Of a stretch of DNA of 64,000 bases, positions 1-14,556 are shown piece by piece. A program made the position numbers and the translations under genes. The number at the start of each line of letters is the position of its first letter. Positions within the stretch are counted from its first letter, which is position 1. The stretch is from the human T2T-CHM13v2.0 reference genome, Homo sapiens. The stretch is from assembly GCF_009914755.1 (NCBI RefSeq), contig NC_060926.1, one strand, 5' to 3'. A model generated the notes under the pieces. That model did no database searches. It had not been told where the DNA came from and saw only the letters and a program-made list of their open reading frames with translations.

Positions 1-1882
1 GTATTACAATCATTAAGTTTCCTTCTACTTGATCCACTCCATTGGCTCTGCCAATTAAAATAACTGCACATAAATTTTTAGAGTGCTATTTATTTTTCTT
101 TGTAGATTTTAGAATATAAATATTTAAAATGACAATATCCAAAAAAAAAAAAATTTATATGACAATGGTAAGAGAAACATTCGGTCAGGAATTGAATGCA
201 TGATGATGTCTCTTGCTCTAATTCTGGTTTCAGTTACTAAATAGTCACTCCTAGAAATATGCCAAGCATCTCCTAAAGATACAAATATGGTTTTGATCAG
301 ATAAGTCAATGATTTCTACATTGGTATAGTGCAACAAAATGAAATCATAAAAAATAAATTTTAAAATGAGTAGGTAATATCTTAACCAGTGATATAGTGG
401 AAAATATATTCAATTGCAAACATTTCTTTGATTTAGGGTGATAGATTTTGGATTTTTAAAAATGGTTTCCAGCCAGTGAACAGAAGACAACATTCTTTTA
501 AAAACTGAATCCATATATCTCTCAATGGTGTACAATTTCAATAGAATATGTAATGCCAAGTGAAGACACACTCAAAAAAAAAGCAAACTGAAGAAAGTCA
601 CATTGAATACAAAACAGACGTTATTCTCTTTATACTATTCAAACTGTATTGCTGAAAAAATTAATACAAACTTCATTCATTTGAGCTGAGTACATGTAAA
701 CTACAAAGTAACACTAAAATAAAGTTAAAAGCATGTAATTCTATCTTTGTATGGTATCAGTGTAAGCTAGTAAGACTTTAGCATGAACAAACTGTGTTTA
801 GCCATTGCCTAAGTTTCTGGTGTGTGGCACAGCATAGGTGTTCAGTAAATGTAGACTGAATTAAATAAAATGGAACTCTAATTAAATAGAAGTTGTTGAA
901 TCCCAACTGATTCTAAAGTAAAATTTCATGTTAAACTTAGACTGTACTAGATTAAATCTTTTGACTTCTAATTTAATTTTTAAAGTAGAAAACTGGACAT
1001 AACAATTGTTTTCATCATTACATTCTATATCCATGTGTATTTTACGGGTGTTGAACAGAGAAATACTGACATATCATCATGTACCTACCTATCCATATAC
1101 ACCAAACAATCTGGAGATCTTAGGGGAAAAATTTATGAAACTCTACTGCCATTTAATATTACTTTTTTTGTTTTGTAAAATGTAGTACTATTTATTTTTA
1201 AAAATGAATGCATAATAGATATACATATTTTCAGGGTATACGTGATATTTGGATATATTTATGTAATGTGTAATGATCAAATTAGGGTAATTGGACTATC
1301 CATCATCTCAAATATTTATCTTTTCTTTATGCTGGGAACATTCAAATCCTACTCTTTTAGCTATTTAGAAATATACAATTGATTATTGTTAACTATACTC
1401 ACTTTATTGAACTATTAAACACTAGATCTTATTCCTTCTATAGAACTGTATTTTTCTACCCATTAATCAATCTCTCTTCATTTCCCCTCATCCACCTGCC
1501 CTTCCAGTCCTCTGGTAACCACCAATCTATTCTGTATCTTCAGGAGATCCACTTTTTTAGCTCCCACGTACAAGTGAGAATATGTGATTTTTGTTTTTCT
1601 GTGCTGGCTTATTTCATTTAACATAATGACCTCCTGTTCCATTCATGTCTGCAAATGACAGGATTTCATTACTTTTTATGGCTGAATAATATTCCATTGT
1701 GTATATACATACCACACTTTTCTTTATTCACTTATCTGTTAATAGGCACTTAGGGTGATTCCATATCTTGGCTATTGTGAATAGTGCTGCAACAGGCATG
1801 CAAGTGCAGATATCTCTTCAATGTATTGGTCTCCTTTCTTTTTGATATGCACTCAATAGTGAGATTGCTGGATCATACGGTA

Positions 1883-1930
1883 TTAGGTTGGTGCAAAAGT
1901 AATTGTGGTTTTTGCCATTACTGTTAATGG
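1883..1930 (+). mobile_element. Truncated MADE1 (Hsmar1-derived MITE)
   Basis: ttaggttggtgcaaaagtaattgtggtttttgccatta matches the MADE1 terminal inverted repeat; the second arm is missing. Confidence 0.85.
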
Positions 1931-3084
1931 TTCTATCAGCCTAATAGTTCTATTTTTAGTCTTCTGAGGAACTTCCATACTGTTTTCCATAGTGGCTAAT
2001 TTGCATTCCCACCAACAGTGCACAAGCGTTCCTTTTTCTCCACATTCTTGCCGGAATCCATTATTTTTTGTCTTGTTGATAATAATGTACTTTGATTTGA
2101 TTTTGTATATGGTGAGATATAGGGGTCTAGCTTTAATCTTCTGCATATGGTTATCCAGTTTTTCTAGCATCATTTATTGAAGAGACTGTCCTTTCTCCAA
2201 TGTAGGTTCTTGGAGTCTTTGTCGAAAATAAATTGGCTGTAAATGCATGGATTTATTTCAGGGTTTTCAGTTCTGTTCCACTGGTCTGTGTGTCTGTTTT
2301 CAGGCCAGTATCAGGCTGTTTTGGTTACTACCGTTTTGTAGTATATTTTGAAGTCAGGTGGTGTATGTAATACCTCCAGCTTTGTTCTTTTTGCTCAGGA
2401 TTGTTTGGGCTATTCAGTGTCTCTTGTGGTTCTATAGGAATTTTAGAATTTTTTTTCTATTTTTGTGAAGAATATCATTTTGATAGAGATTGCACTAAAT
2501 CTGTAAATTTCTTGGGTAGTATTCATATTTTAACAGTATTAATTCTTCCAATCCATGAGCATGGAATATCATTCCATTTTTTGTGTCCTCTCCAATTTTT
2601 TCATCAGTGTTTTATAGTTTTCCTTGTAGAAATCTTTCACATCTTTGGTTTAAATTATTCCTAGGTGTTTCATATTTTTTGTAGCTACTGTAAATGGGAT
2701 TACTTTTTTGAATTTTTTTTAGATTTTTCACTGTTTGCTATAGAAATGCTACTGATTTTTGCATGCTGGTTTGTGACCTGTAACTTTACTGAATTCATTT
2801 ATAAATTCTCACAGTTTTTTTATGGAATCTTTAGGTTTTCCTAGCTATAAGATCACATCATCTGCAAAAAAGGCTAATTTGACTTCTTCCTTTCCAATTC
2901 TGATGTCTTTGATTTCTCTCTTTTGCCAAATTACTCTGGCTAGGACTTCCAGTATTATGTTGAATAAAAGTTGTGAGAGTGGGCATCCTTGTCCTGCATG
3001 TTTCATGTTTATTGATTTGTGTATGTTGAACCATTCTTGCATCCCTGGGATGAATCCCACTAGGTCATGGTGAATGACCTTTCT

Positions 3085-3330
3085 TTTTTTTTCCTGATTG
3101 TATTTTTTTTTAAATTGTAATTTCCAGGGTATATGTGCAGGATGTGCAGGTTTGTTACATAGGTAAATGTGTGCCATGGTGGTTTGCTGCACCTATCAAC
3201 CCATCACCTAGGTATGAAGCCCCACATGCATTAGCTATTTTTCTTGATGCTCTCCCTCCACCGGCCCTCCACCTCCAACAGGCCCCGGTGTGTGTTGTTT
3301 CCCTCCCTGTGTCCATGTGTTCTCCTTGTT
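3085..3330 (-). mobile_element. L1PA 3' end fragment nested in the older L1
   Basis: atgtgcaggtttgttacataggtaaatgtgtgccatggtggtttgctgcacc; gtgaatga is duplicated at the flanks. Confidence 0.8.
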
Positions 3331-3490
3331 GTGAATGATCTTTTTAAAGCATTGTTGAATTTGGTTTTTTAGTGTTTTGTTGAGGATTTCTCCATCTATG
3401 TTCACTGGGGATGTTGGCCGGTAGTTTTCTTTTTTTGTTGTGTCTATGTCTGGCTTTGGTACCAGACCTTATAGAATGAGTTTGAAAGTA

Positions 3491-3928
3491 CAAATGACCC
3501 TTGAACAACATGGGGGTTAGGAGTGCTGGTGAAACACACAGTAAAAAAATCTACAAATAGCATTTGACTCCCCAAAACTTAACTACTAATAACTGGTTGA
3601 TCAGATGCCTTACTGATAACATAAACAGTCCATTAACACATATTTTATATATTACATGTATTACATACTGTATTCTTACAATGAAGTAAGCGAGAAAAAA
3701 GAAAATGTTATTAAAATCATAAGAAAGAGAAGATTATTTACTGCTCACTAAGTAGAAGTGCATCATCATAAAAGTTTTCATCCTCACTGTCTTCAAATTG
3801 AGTAGGCTAAGGAGAAGGAGAAAGAGGAGAGGTTGGTCTTGCTGTCTTAAGGGTGGCAGAGGCAGAAGAAAAATCTGCTTATAAGTGGGCCCATGCAGTT
3901 CAAACCTGTGTGGTTCAAGTGTCACCTG
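3491..3928 (-). mobile_element. Tigger2a/MER28 DNA transposon
   Basis: Terminal inverted repeats tgacccttgaacaac ... gttcaagtgtca with the characteristic interior. Confidence 0.8.
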
Positions 3929-4364
3929 GTCTTTTCTTCTCCTTAATTTTTTTTAATAGTTTGAGTAGTATTGGTATTAGTTCTTTAAATGTTTGATGGA
4001 ATTTGGTAGGGAATCCATCAGGTCCTGGGCTTTTCTTTGATGGGAGGCTTTTTATTATTGATTCAATCTCATTAGTCATCATTGGTCTGTTCAGGTTTTC
4101 TGTTTCTTCATGGTTCAATTTTGGTAGGTTGTACATGTCCAGAAATTTATCTGTTTCTTAAAGGCTTTCCAAATTGTTGGTGTACAGTTTTTTTGTCATA
4201 GTTTCTAACGATCCTATATATTTCTGTGGTATCGTTGTTAAGTCTCCTCTTAAATGTCTGATTTCCTTTATTTTGGTCTTCTCTCTTTTTTCCTCCTAGT
4301 TAGTCTAGCTAAAAGTCTGTTAATTTTGTTATCTTTTCAAAAACTCAACTTTTCGTTTTGTTGA

Positions 4365-4366
<2 letters not shown>

Positions 4367-4397
<31 letters not shown>
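4367..4397. repeat. (TG)n microsatellite
   Basis: About 15 TG units. Confidence 0.9.
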
Positions 4398-4400
<3 letters not shown>

Positions 4401-5105
4401 AGTCTCAATTTCATTTATTTCTGCTCTGATCTTTATTTCTTTCCTTTCACTAATTTTGGGTTTGATTTCTCCTTGCTTTTCTAGTACCTTGAGATGCACT
4501 ATTAGGTTGTTTGAGCTCTTTCTGTTTTTCTGATGTAGGCCTTTATTTGCTATAAACATTTCCCTTAGTGCTGCTTTTGTTATAGCCCATAGATTTTCAT
4601 ATGTTGGTTTCAATTTTCATTTGTTTCAGGAACTTTTAAAATTTTCCTCTTAATTTCTTCATTGACCCATTGGTCATTCAGGAGCATGTTGTTTAATTTC
4701 CATGTTTGTATAATTTCCAAGTTTTCTCTTGTTATTGATTTCTAGTTTTATTCCATTGTCATCAGAAAAAATACTTGATATGATTTCAAATTTTTAAAAT
4801 TTGTTTTGTGGCCTAACACGTACTATATTCTGGAGACTATTCCATGTGCTGATGAGCAAAATGTGTATTCTGCAGCAGTTGGGTAAAATATTCTGTAAAT
4901 GTCAGTTAGGTCCATTTGGTCTAGTGTGTAGCTTAATTCTCATGTTTCTTTGTTGATTTTCTGTCTGGATGATCTGTCCACTACTGAGAATGGGGTGTTG
5001 AAGCTACCTACTATTATTGTATTGCAGTATATCTCTCCCTTTAGGTTGATTTAATGTCTGCTTTATATTTGGGTGCTCTGATGTTGGTTTCAGATATATT
5101 TATAA

Positions 5106-5598
<493 letters not shown>

Positions 5599-8197
5599 TA
5601 GGTGAAACTGGCTTCCTGTAGGCAGCATATGGTTGGATCTTTTAATTTTTAAAATCCATTCAGCCACTCTCTATCACTTAATTGGAGAATTAAGTCCATT
5701 TACATAAAATGTTATTTTTGATAGGTAAGAATGTACTACTGCCATTTACATTTTTTTTTCTGGTTGTTTGTAATTTCTTCCTTTCTTATACTCTTCCTTT
5801 GTGTTTAGGTGATTTTCTCTGGCAATATATTTTAATTAATTGCTTTTTTATTTTTAGTATATCTATCATAGGTTGTTGCTTTATGGTTATCATGAGGCTT
5901 ACAACAAGTCATATAAGTTATTTTAAAAAGATGAGGACTTACCTTTGATCACAAAGAAAGGCATAGAAACAAAGGAAAAACTAAAACAACTACACTTTAT
6001 CTCCCCCACACTTTGACTTTTTGTTGTCTCAATTTACATCTTTTTATATTACTTGTCTCTTAACAATCTGCTGTAGTTACTGTTAATTTTGATAGTCTTT
6101 TAGTCTTACTAGAGATATGAGTGGATTACACACCACAATTACAGTATTAGAGTAATTTGGCTTTGTCTGTATGCTTACTTTTATCAGTGGCTTTTAGATC
6201 TTTAAATGTTTTCTTTCTGCATGTTAGTGTCTTTTTCTTTCAGACTGAAGAACTCCCTTTAGCATTTCTTGTTAGATGGGTCTGGCAGTGATGAATTCCC
6301 TCAAATTTTGTTTGTCTGGGAAACACTTTATCTCTTCTTCATGTTTGAAGTTCAGCTTTGTTGCGTGCAGTATTCTTGGTTGACAGGTTTTTTTTTTTTT
6401 TTTCCTTTCAGAACTTAATAAATATGTTTTTCTACTACCTCCTGGCCTGTATGGTTTCCTTTGATAAGTCTGTTACCAAACTGGAGCTCCATTATATGTT
6501 ATTTGCTTCTTTTCTCTTGTTGCTTTTAGAATCCCATTGCTGTCCTTGACTTTTGAGAGTTTATTATATACCTTGGGATAGTCTTATTTGGGTTGAATCT
6601 GTTTGGTGATCTCTAACCTTCCTATACTTGGATATTTTTATCTTTCTCTAGGTTTGAAATGTTTTCTGTTATTATTTATTTGAATAAGGCTTCTACCCTT
6701 TCTCAACTCCCTCTTGAATACCAATGATTCTTAGACTTGCTCTTCTGAGGTAATTTTCTATATATTGTAGGTATTCTTCATTCCTTTTCATTCTTTTTTT
6801 TCCCTCTGACTGTGTATTTTCAAATAGCTTGCCTTCAAGCTGATTCTTTCCTCTGTTTGATCCATTTTGCTGTTAAGAACCTCTAATGTATTTTTCTATC
6901 CAGCAAATGTATTTACCAGTTCCAGGATTTGATTTTTAGAAGTTATTTCAATATCTTTGTTAAAAATTTCTCTGACAAATTTCAAAGTTGCTTTCCTGTG
7001 TTATTTTGGAGTTTGCTGAGTTTCCTTAAAATTGCTATTTGGAATTATTGATCTGATGGCACACATGTTGCCATCTCATTAGTGTCAGTCACTGGCTTCT
7101 TGCTTTGTCTCATTGAGGTCACATTTCCTGTTTGCTGTTATTTCTTGTTGGTGTATGTCTATGTATTGTCATTGAAGAATTAGTTATTTATTCCAGTCTT
7201 TTCTGTTTGGATTGTTTTGGTTTCCTTTTGATATGTTTGCTTAGGGGTTCTTTACAATTTACCTGTTGAATTTCCTTTATTGCTAGGTAACTGCCTCCTT
7301 TTCAGTACTTTATGGAACCTTAAGCCCAGGTTTGCATTAGCTCTAGCAAATGTTTGGAGTGATGCCTGGCCCAATGGGGAAGGTCCCAAAGGGGATATCC
7401 CTGCTATGCAGGAAGGCTGGCTAGTGGTTTTTGCCCAGGGGACCTGTGGAGCCTGCCTTCTACAGTGTGGTGCTGCTGAACAGCCATTCTGACTTTGCAT
7501 CTCTTTTGGCCAAGATACAGAGAAGAGTTTTGTGGGCTGGGGATGCTAGTCCTGCCTTTCCCTTTGTCTCTGGCTGCCCTAAAAGGTTTTTATCCTTACA
7601 GATACTCATGATGCTTCCTGTAGGTTGAGGCAGGGATAGTTCTCCTGCAAGGGAACCCAAGATGGGGAAGCTGGTTATTTACATTGATCTCACTTTTTCC
7701 AGGGTAGAAACCATGAGTCTGGGGGAGATTTTTTCCACACATGAGGTGCCTGGCAGATTGCGGGGAGGAGCACTGTGAATATAGAAGTCTGATTTTCTTA
7801 CTATTGGCTCAGAATTTTTTTACCTCTCTGTGGCCCTGGAGGTCAAGTCATCCTTAAATCTGAGTTATGGGACATTGCTGGTGATAATCTTGGTGCTGGA
7901 TATTCGTTTTTGATTTTCTGTTGGGGGGAGTGAAGCCAGGTTGCTTCTATTCTGACATTTTGGTGAGCTGCTTTTACTTTTAAATGTGTGTTTTTTTTCT
8001 AATTAACAAAGTAAAATTTGACTATTTTAGAAAATGAAGATGATTACAGACAAAAAAGAAATCTCCCAAAGCTCACACATTAAAACATCAGCTTTATTCA
8101 GACTTTGTGTATTTTCTTTCTTTCTTTTGTATGTGCATGGATGTGTGTATATACTTAGTTGAAGTCTTTACACTTTAGTTGAAATCTATATACTTTA

Positions 8198-8523
8198 GAA
8201 TTATACATATTATATGTATAACTATATGTATAATTCTATGTATAATTCTACATATTATATGTAGAATTCTATGTATAATTCTACATATTATATGTATAAT
8301 TCTATGTATAATTCTACATATTATATGTATAATTCTATGTATAATTCTACATATTATATGTATAATTCTAGGTATAATTCTACATATTATATGTATAATT
8401 CTAGGTATAATTCTACATATTATATGTATAATTCTACATATTATATGTATAATTCTATGTATAATTCTACATATTATATGTATAATTCTATGTATAATTC
8501 TACATATTATATGTATAATTCTA
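8198..8523. repeat. AT-rich 33-bp minisatellite (12-bp + 21-bp subunits)
   Basis: Unit tataattctatgtataattctacatattatatg; gives an 11-aa periodicity in the spurious ORFs at 8179 and 8271. Confidence 0.92.
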
Positions 8524-8949
8524 AATCCTGAATTTTTACCTTGAGCATTTTCATGTAGTCAAAATTAGTCAGAAACATACTTTTTAATGCTGGCATATCA
8601 CTACATTATACAGGGACATCATACATTATTTAACATTGTAATTATTTAACTAGATACATACTGTAAGAATACTAAAATAAGTTATTCCCAATTTTTTCGC
8701 TATTAAAAAGAACACTGTCAGGAACTTCTATGCACACACATCTCTATTTTTGGTGAGTATCTTAAAACAGAAATATAACTTAAGGATGAAGAATATAAAT
8801 ATCTTAACTATCCTGTGGCAACTTGCCAACTGGCTTTCAGAAAGGCTGAGTCCATTTAACTCCTTGTGTTAAGAATGAGCATCTCATCACTACCTTGTCA
8901 ATAATTATAATTTTAAAAACTTTTAATATTTTGCTAATAAGACAGACAC

Positions 8950-9145
8950 CACTTACCCCATTTCACTAATTCTAAGATGTACATTTTTCATAGTTTAGCA
9001 TATCTGAAATTAGGGATGGGTGTGTATTACACTCAAGGTTGTGTTTTGGCTTATTTGGCAGCACTTTTTTTTCTTAATGGCACCTAAAAATAATGATGCA
9101 TCTTACAATTGATGATATCTTAAAGATTCAATGAAATTACAGTAG
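8950..9145. mobile_element. Old TcMar-type DNA transposon fragment
   Basis: ctaagatgtacattttt...gatgcatcttacaattgatg...gattcaatgaaattacagta. Confidence 0.5.
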
Positions 9146-9229
9146 AATCTCATGTAATTTTTATTTTGTATTTTTGACCACTAGCTAAGAGCCATGATTT
9201 ATACAGAACCATTTCAATGTGCGAGTGAA

Positions 9230-9612
9230 CTTTTTAAAACAAATTTAACTGTGGTAAAAGAACATAATATAAAACATACCAGTCTAACTATTTTTCAGTG
9301 TGCCATTAAGTAGTGTTAACTATAATCACATTATTGGGCAACAGATCTCTAGAACTTTTTCATCTTGAAAATGGAAACTCTGTACCCATTAAGCAACAAC
9401 TCCCCTTTTCTCCTTCCCCCAGTCCCTGACAACCACCACCTACTTTCTGCCCTCATGAGTTTGACTACTTTAGATAGTGCATATAGGTGAAATCATACAG
9501 TATTTGTCTTTTTGTGACTAGCTTATTTCACTTAGCATAATGTCCTTCAGGTTTATGCATGTTGCAGCACGTGTCAGAATTTCCTTCTCTTTTATAGCTG
9601 AATAATATTCCA
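9230..9612 (-). mobile_element. L1MA/L1MB 3' UTR fragment
   Basis: Typical antisense L1M 3' end (agcttatttcacttagcataatgtcc...ctgaataatattcca). Confidence 0.8.
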
Positions 9613-11049
9613 CCCAGTGAATTTCTAAATCATAAAAATTTATAACAACTTGCAGAAATTGCTGACCCATTGGATTCTGACAGCACACCTAAACAACTAA
9701 AAAGCAAAGGACAGGCTGGGTCCCAAGGGGTTCCAATTTCCAAAAACAAATGTTGGCTTATTTTTGAAACACAAAGATCAAACAGAAATTAAGAATGTAG
9801 GTGATAAAATCAAGATATTTTTGAAATCATATCTGCTCTTCTGGTGTTATTTCTTATGTTTTTTAAGGCAGTAAGCTTGGATATCACAACTTGAGAGTTT
9901 ACAAACACAGATATGGTAAGACCATGCCCTTCCACCAGGAAACTAGGCAGTTCCAAGTTTCTGGAACATGGACTTGAATTCTTTCCTCAAGCAAAATAAT
10001 TATGGCGAACAACAAAGGCTGTGTGGAGAGGCCATGACTGCAGATGAAGCAATGCAGGATGAGGGGCCAGGGTAAAATGTAAACTATTCTAAAACTAAAC
10101 GAACTTGCCGTGTCATTTAGAATGTGCCATTATAAAACTGATGAATATTACATGGCAATATCCTGAAAATTGAACTAAATTATATTTTAGTTATACTTAA
10201 TACCACTGGCAAAATCTTTTAATTTATTTTAAATCCTAAAATCCCCAAAAAGAAAACTGAATATTTATACAAGAAGACTTAATTAAAATATGGCTTAAAT
10301 GGTTAGGTTTATGGTTGATCATAGAACAAAAGGATTTAAAGTATCAACCACATAGTGGTGACCACTTTATTTATTTTCCCTGAAAGTGAAAAGAGGAAGG
10401 CAGTATTAGAAATTAACACTTAAACCTAAAAAGAAGATTAAAAAGAAAACCATATCCTCACATTGGTTAAAATGTCGTATTTGTTTTACTTCTTATGTTA
10501 TTCTCTGACATTTCTACTGTGTCTGCTTTTATAAATAGACAGAAAAGAATCCCGATTTTTGTCCTACCTGACATATATATTTGTTAAGTACACAGAATTG
10601 GCAAAATGTATTTCAAATTGACTATTATTTGATGAAGGTACAATTTTAAAAGCTACAAATTATTTAAGTCATGATTCATGTCTTTTCCCCCTCTGACATA
10701 ATTTTGAACATGCATTTTATCTGTAATTTTTTAGACATAAAACACATGTTTATTGCAGAAAGATGTAAGCTAAGCAAAAATTAAAAAACAATCATGGTGT
10801 TCATATTTTACATTTCACAAAATATGTAGAAACTCTAAAACATCACTTCTAAAGATACATAATAGGATATTTTAACTAATTATTTATGGGCACCAATTTC
10901 TTACAACTCTAAAGCTATACTAATATGAATATCTGTATATTGTATACTTTGCTCATATTCTTGGCTTTTTTTTTTTTTGTAGCAAAGAAATTCCAAGGGT
11001 TGGCACTACTGGGAAAAAAGGTGTGTTTGTCATGAGACAAACTGAACTT

Positions 11050-11386
11050 AGAAAGGCGGGCAATGAAACCCTCAGTAGCAGTCCCTGAGACTGTACTTGC
11101 CCTTGGGTCCCTGCCCAAACTGAGTCTCATCCTTACTGGGTCTCTTTTCTTTCGTTAGCATGGATTTTTAAAAGCGATTTAAGTTTCCTTATGGGCACTG
11201 TGCTGTAGGCGGAAACTCCCCCTTCTCAGCCCCCATTCCTTGGTGCCTCCTTCCCGACCTGCGTCGTGATCTGAGGGTTCTTCCTGCCTTATTTGGGGCC
11301 CTCCCTTTATTCTTTACAGACATTCTCCTACTAAATCTCTTGCATGCCTAATTCCATGCATGCTCTCACAGGACCCAAACTAACAG
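11050..11386 (+). mobile_element. ERVL-type LTR fragment
   Basis: Ends in ...taaatctcttgcatgcctaattcc...ggacccaaactaaca. Confidence 0.5.
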
Positions 11387-12257
11387 AAGGACTTTGAAAA
11401 TCTTTTCAGCATTTGCTACATGGTTGTTTTATTTAGGTTTCTTCTCCTTTGGTCAGTTTCACTATTCATACTTCCCTAGACAGTTTTCTCTCTTCAATAT
11501 TTTCTATTTTATGACCACAGTTGTTCATGACATCACCTAATAGTTTTTAACCTGCTAGTGCCTGTGGTCACTGTATACTGTGTATATGACTACATATATA
11601 TATGTCATATATATGTATGTATATATATATAATATACATCATGTGTTTGTAAATATACATATACACATACATACATATTTGTCATACATTTGTATTTTCT
11701 TCTTTTCTTGATTAGCCTCACCAGGGCTCTGTATGTTATTAGCATTTTCAAAGACTGAGTCATTGTATTTATCAATGTTCCTGTTTCAACATTTTTACCT
11801 GGGCACTGGATGGGGGTATCAAGCCAAGTAGCTCACCAGAATACACCTTAGGTCAATGCTGGAATGAGGCCCCAAAGGGCTTTGTTTCTTTTCTTTTTAA
11901 AATTACAATGTCCTTTAATGAAAACTGAGCAGGTCAACAAAGCCCCACTAGGACTGACTGGTCCCCTTCTCTGGTCATAATGAGCTTTGCAAAGAATTGG
12001 CTTCAGGGGGTTTGAGAGCTGCCTCCAAGTGCTTAAGGGATTGTCACATGAAAGGGAAAGAGGACACATTCCAAGCTACTGCAGGGACAGAGCCCAGCCT
12101 GGCAGTGGGATCTGCAGGAAGGCCAATTGCAGTTCAATGAAAGAGAATGGGCTCCTGTGGGAGGCAGAGGTTCTGTTTTCAGGAGGGGCTCGGGCAGAGG
12201 AGTCAGCCTTCCTCAGAGGCCATGCACTCGATGAGGCAAAGCATGCAGAAACATCTC

Positions 12258-12797
12258 TAGCAGCAGACAGACTCTAAGATGGTCCCAGTGACCCCGCCTC
12301 CTGGTCTTCTTCCCTCATGTAATACCTTCCCCTTGAGTGTGGGTGGCCCCTATAACTTGCTTCTAACCAATATGATAGGGCAAAGGTGATGGGATGCCAC
12401 TTCTGTGATCATTTGCATAAGATTCTGAGCAGCCCCCCTCTCCCTGCTGGCTTAGACGAAGCCAGCTGCCATATGGAGAAGCACACATGGCATGGAGCTG
12501 GGGGCTGCCTACAGCTAACAGCTGGCATGAACTGTGGCCCAGGATCTGATGCCCTACAGGGAACAGAATCCTGCCAGCAACCACACAAGCTTGCAAGCAG
12601 GCCCTTCCGCAGTTGATCCTCAGTTGAGACCTCAGCCCTGGCTGACACCTTGACTGCAGCCTTGTGAGATCTGGAGGGGAGGACCTAGTTAAGGTGTACC
12701 CAGATTCCTGGCCCTGAGAAACTGTGAGACAACAAATTGGTGTTTTAAGCTACTAAGTTTGTGGTAACATTGTTATGTGACAATAGATAACTAATCC
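12258..12797 (+). mobile_element. MLT1 (E/F-like) MaLR LTR
   Basis: cagacagactctaagatgg...tttaagctactaagtttgtggtaa...caatagataactaat. Confidence 0.85.
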
Positions 12798-13193
12798 ACC
12801 TAATCCACCTTTCCATCTCTATGATTCAGTAATCACCAGCACCAGAAAAAAAAAAAAGCCAGCTGTATCAATGCAAACCCACTGTTGTGACCGCCCATCC
12901 TAATATAGTGGTGTGCACTGCTGACATCAGACAGGAATAGCAGATTGTGACGGCTCCTAGCCTGTTTCCACATCTACAGCATTCTGCATCTTGCACAGAA
13001 ATGTATAAATGGATATAACCCTGATCTCTTCAGATCTCCCTGGGCAGGCTTCTGTACCATATGGGTGACTCCATTCCATTAAATCATTTATTTTTCTTTC
13101 TTTCTTCCCTCAAAAACTCTCAGAAGAAGACACAGTCTCACATATTCTATTGTCTTTAAGAAAACCAGATGCTATCTCTTAAAAAAAACTTAC

Positions 13194-13265
13194 CATACCC
13201 AGGAAGATCATCTCCTCTTCTCTCAGTTTTTCAGTTTCCTTACGTTGATGGAAACGTCGCCAAAC
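13194..13265 (-). CDS. IQCA1: IQCA1/DRC11 coding exon 5 (72 nt; VWRRFHQRKETEKLREEEMIFLGM), second half of the IQ motif
   Basis: Translated by hand. Acceptor ttgtttttag|GTT, donor ATG|gtaagt. Completes the IQxxWRxxxxR motif. Confidence 0.93.
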
Positions 13266-14364
13266 CTAAAAACAAATAAATGGTTACTTGTTTAATACAT
13301 ACAAATATAAAGAAAACATGGCTTGCAGTTTCTCCCATATAAACTGCACATCTCAAAATGCCAACTAATCCTAAGCTCTAGGCTGTCCATGTGTGTGCTG
13401 ATGGAATATTTTTTCTTCTGTGATCACAGGCAAAAACATTGTTAAAAAGAATGAACCACAGAACTAACCTATAATTGTTATTAGTGAGATTCCTTTACCT
13501 TGGTTTCTTCAAGAGGAACATTCTAGGTAGCAGGAATGTGAGGCTAGATCTAAGGACGGCACTTCATGGTTTTAAAGGAAAAATTTCCAAAGTAATGTGG
13601 GGAAATATAGTAACCTCCAAGAAATGTACAACTCAAGCTTTTAACTCAGATGCTACAACTTTATATTCCCACAGAAACCCGAAAGAAAACAGACTCTTAT
13701 CCATCCTTCCCCATCACCTTCTCCTATTCCTATTCAGGGAAAATTAGGGACAGAGTCCTCATCTTCTGGCCTAATTTTATGTCCTTATACTTATTTTCTC
13801 TGAAACCTAATGCTAGTTTATATCACCTTGCCATCTGCTGTGTTTCCCTGTAAGTAACCCTAGCCTCTATTTGAAAAAAAAAATGGGGCACAAATCCATG
13901 GTGCTTATCTGATAAGGAAAGAAAACCTTACGGATTCCTTCTAGAAGGGACACTGATGTGCTGGTTATTAGTGATGGCTGCTGCATGTTTCTGGAATCTA
14001 TTAAGGCCTGGTCCCTCTTCTGTAATTATATATCTGTGTGTGAATGTATTCCAAAAATCCATTAAGGATTTATATCCTCACTGCATTTCAGCAACATTCA
14101 TTTCAACAATTACCAATGGTCTTTAACAATATTTGAATAAAATGCCCTGAGTTTAGTACCTATTTAGAGTAAAAATTTGAAAATATGACCAAGCTTAGTT
14201 AATGGTTTCCCCAGGGTAAGTTAATAAATCTTTCTGGAATGTAATCTAGTTCTATTAAGGGTAGGATTTGGTGTTTGAGTTTTGAAGCTCAGCCCCAAAA
14301 TTGAGATGTATCTTTAGTGTATAAGGCACCTTGTACCCCAACTCCAGGAGCCCTAGGTTTGCAC

Positions 14365-14556
14365 CTTCTGAATGCGGAGTGCAGCAGCCCAGGTATCTGT
14401 CACTTTCTTGCCAAGCATCTTGGATTGCTTTGCTCTATATTCTTGCAGATAGATTTGCTTCATGAATAAAGCCCTTAGGCGACCTTGCCGTGCCCTCTCA
14501 GCAATCTGGATTAATTTAACAGCCTCATCGAAAGGGATACTCTTTACAGGGTATTT
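14365..14556 (-). CDS. IQCA1: IQCA1/DRC11 coding exon 4 (192 nt; [33 protein letters not shown]...AAALRIQK), first half of the IQ motif
   Basis: Lies within ORF 14353..14583(-). Acceptor tttttgcag|AAA, donor AAG|gtgcaa. Confidence 0.95.

Noticed and set aside
1883-4613. ORFs with reverse-transcriptase-like peptides
   Set aside because: Broken L1 ORF2 fragments, not an intact gene or a novel RT system.
8179-8544. Repetitive ORFs (IILCIILHIIC, MYNSTYY)
   Set aside because: Reading frames through the 33-bp minisatellite.
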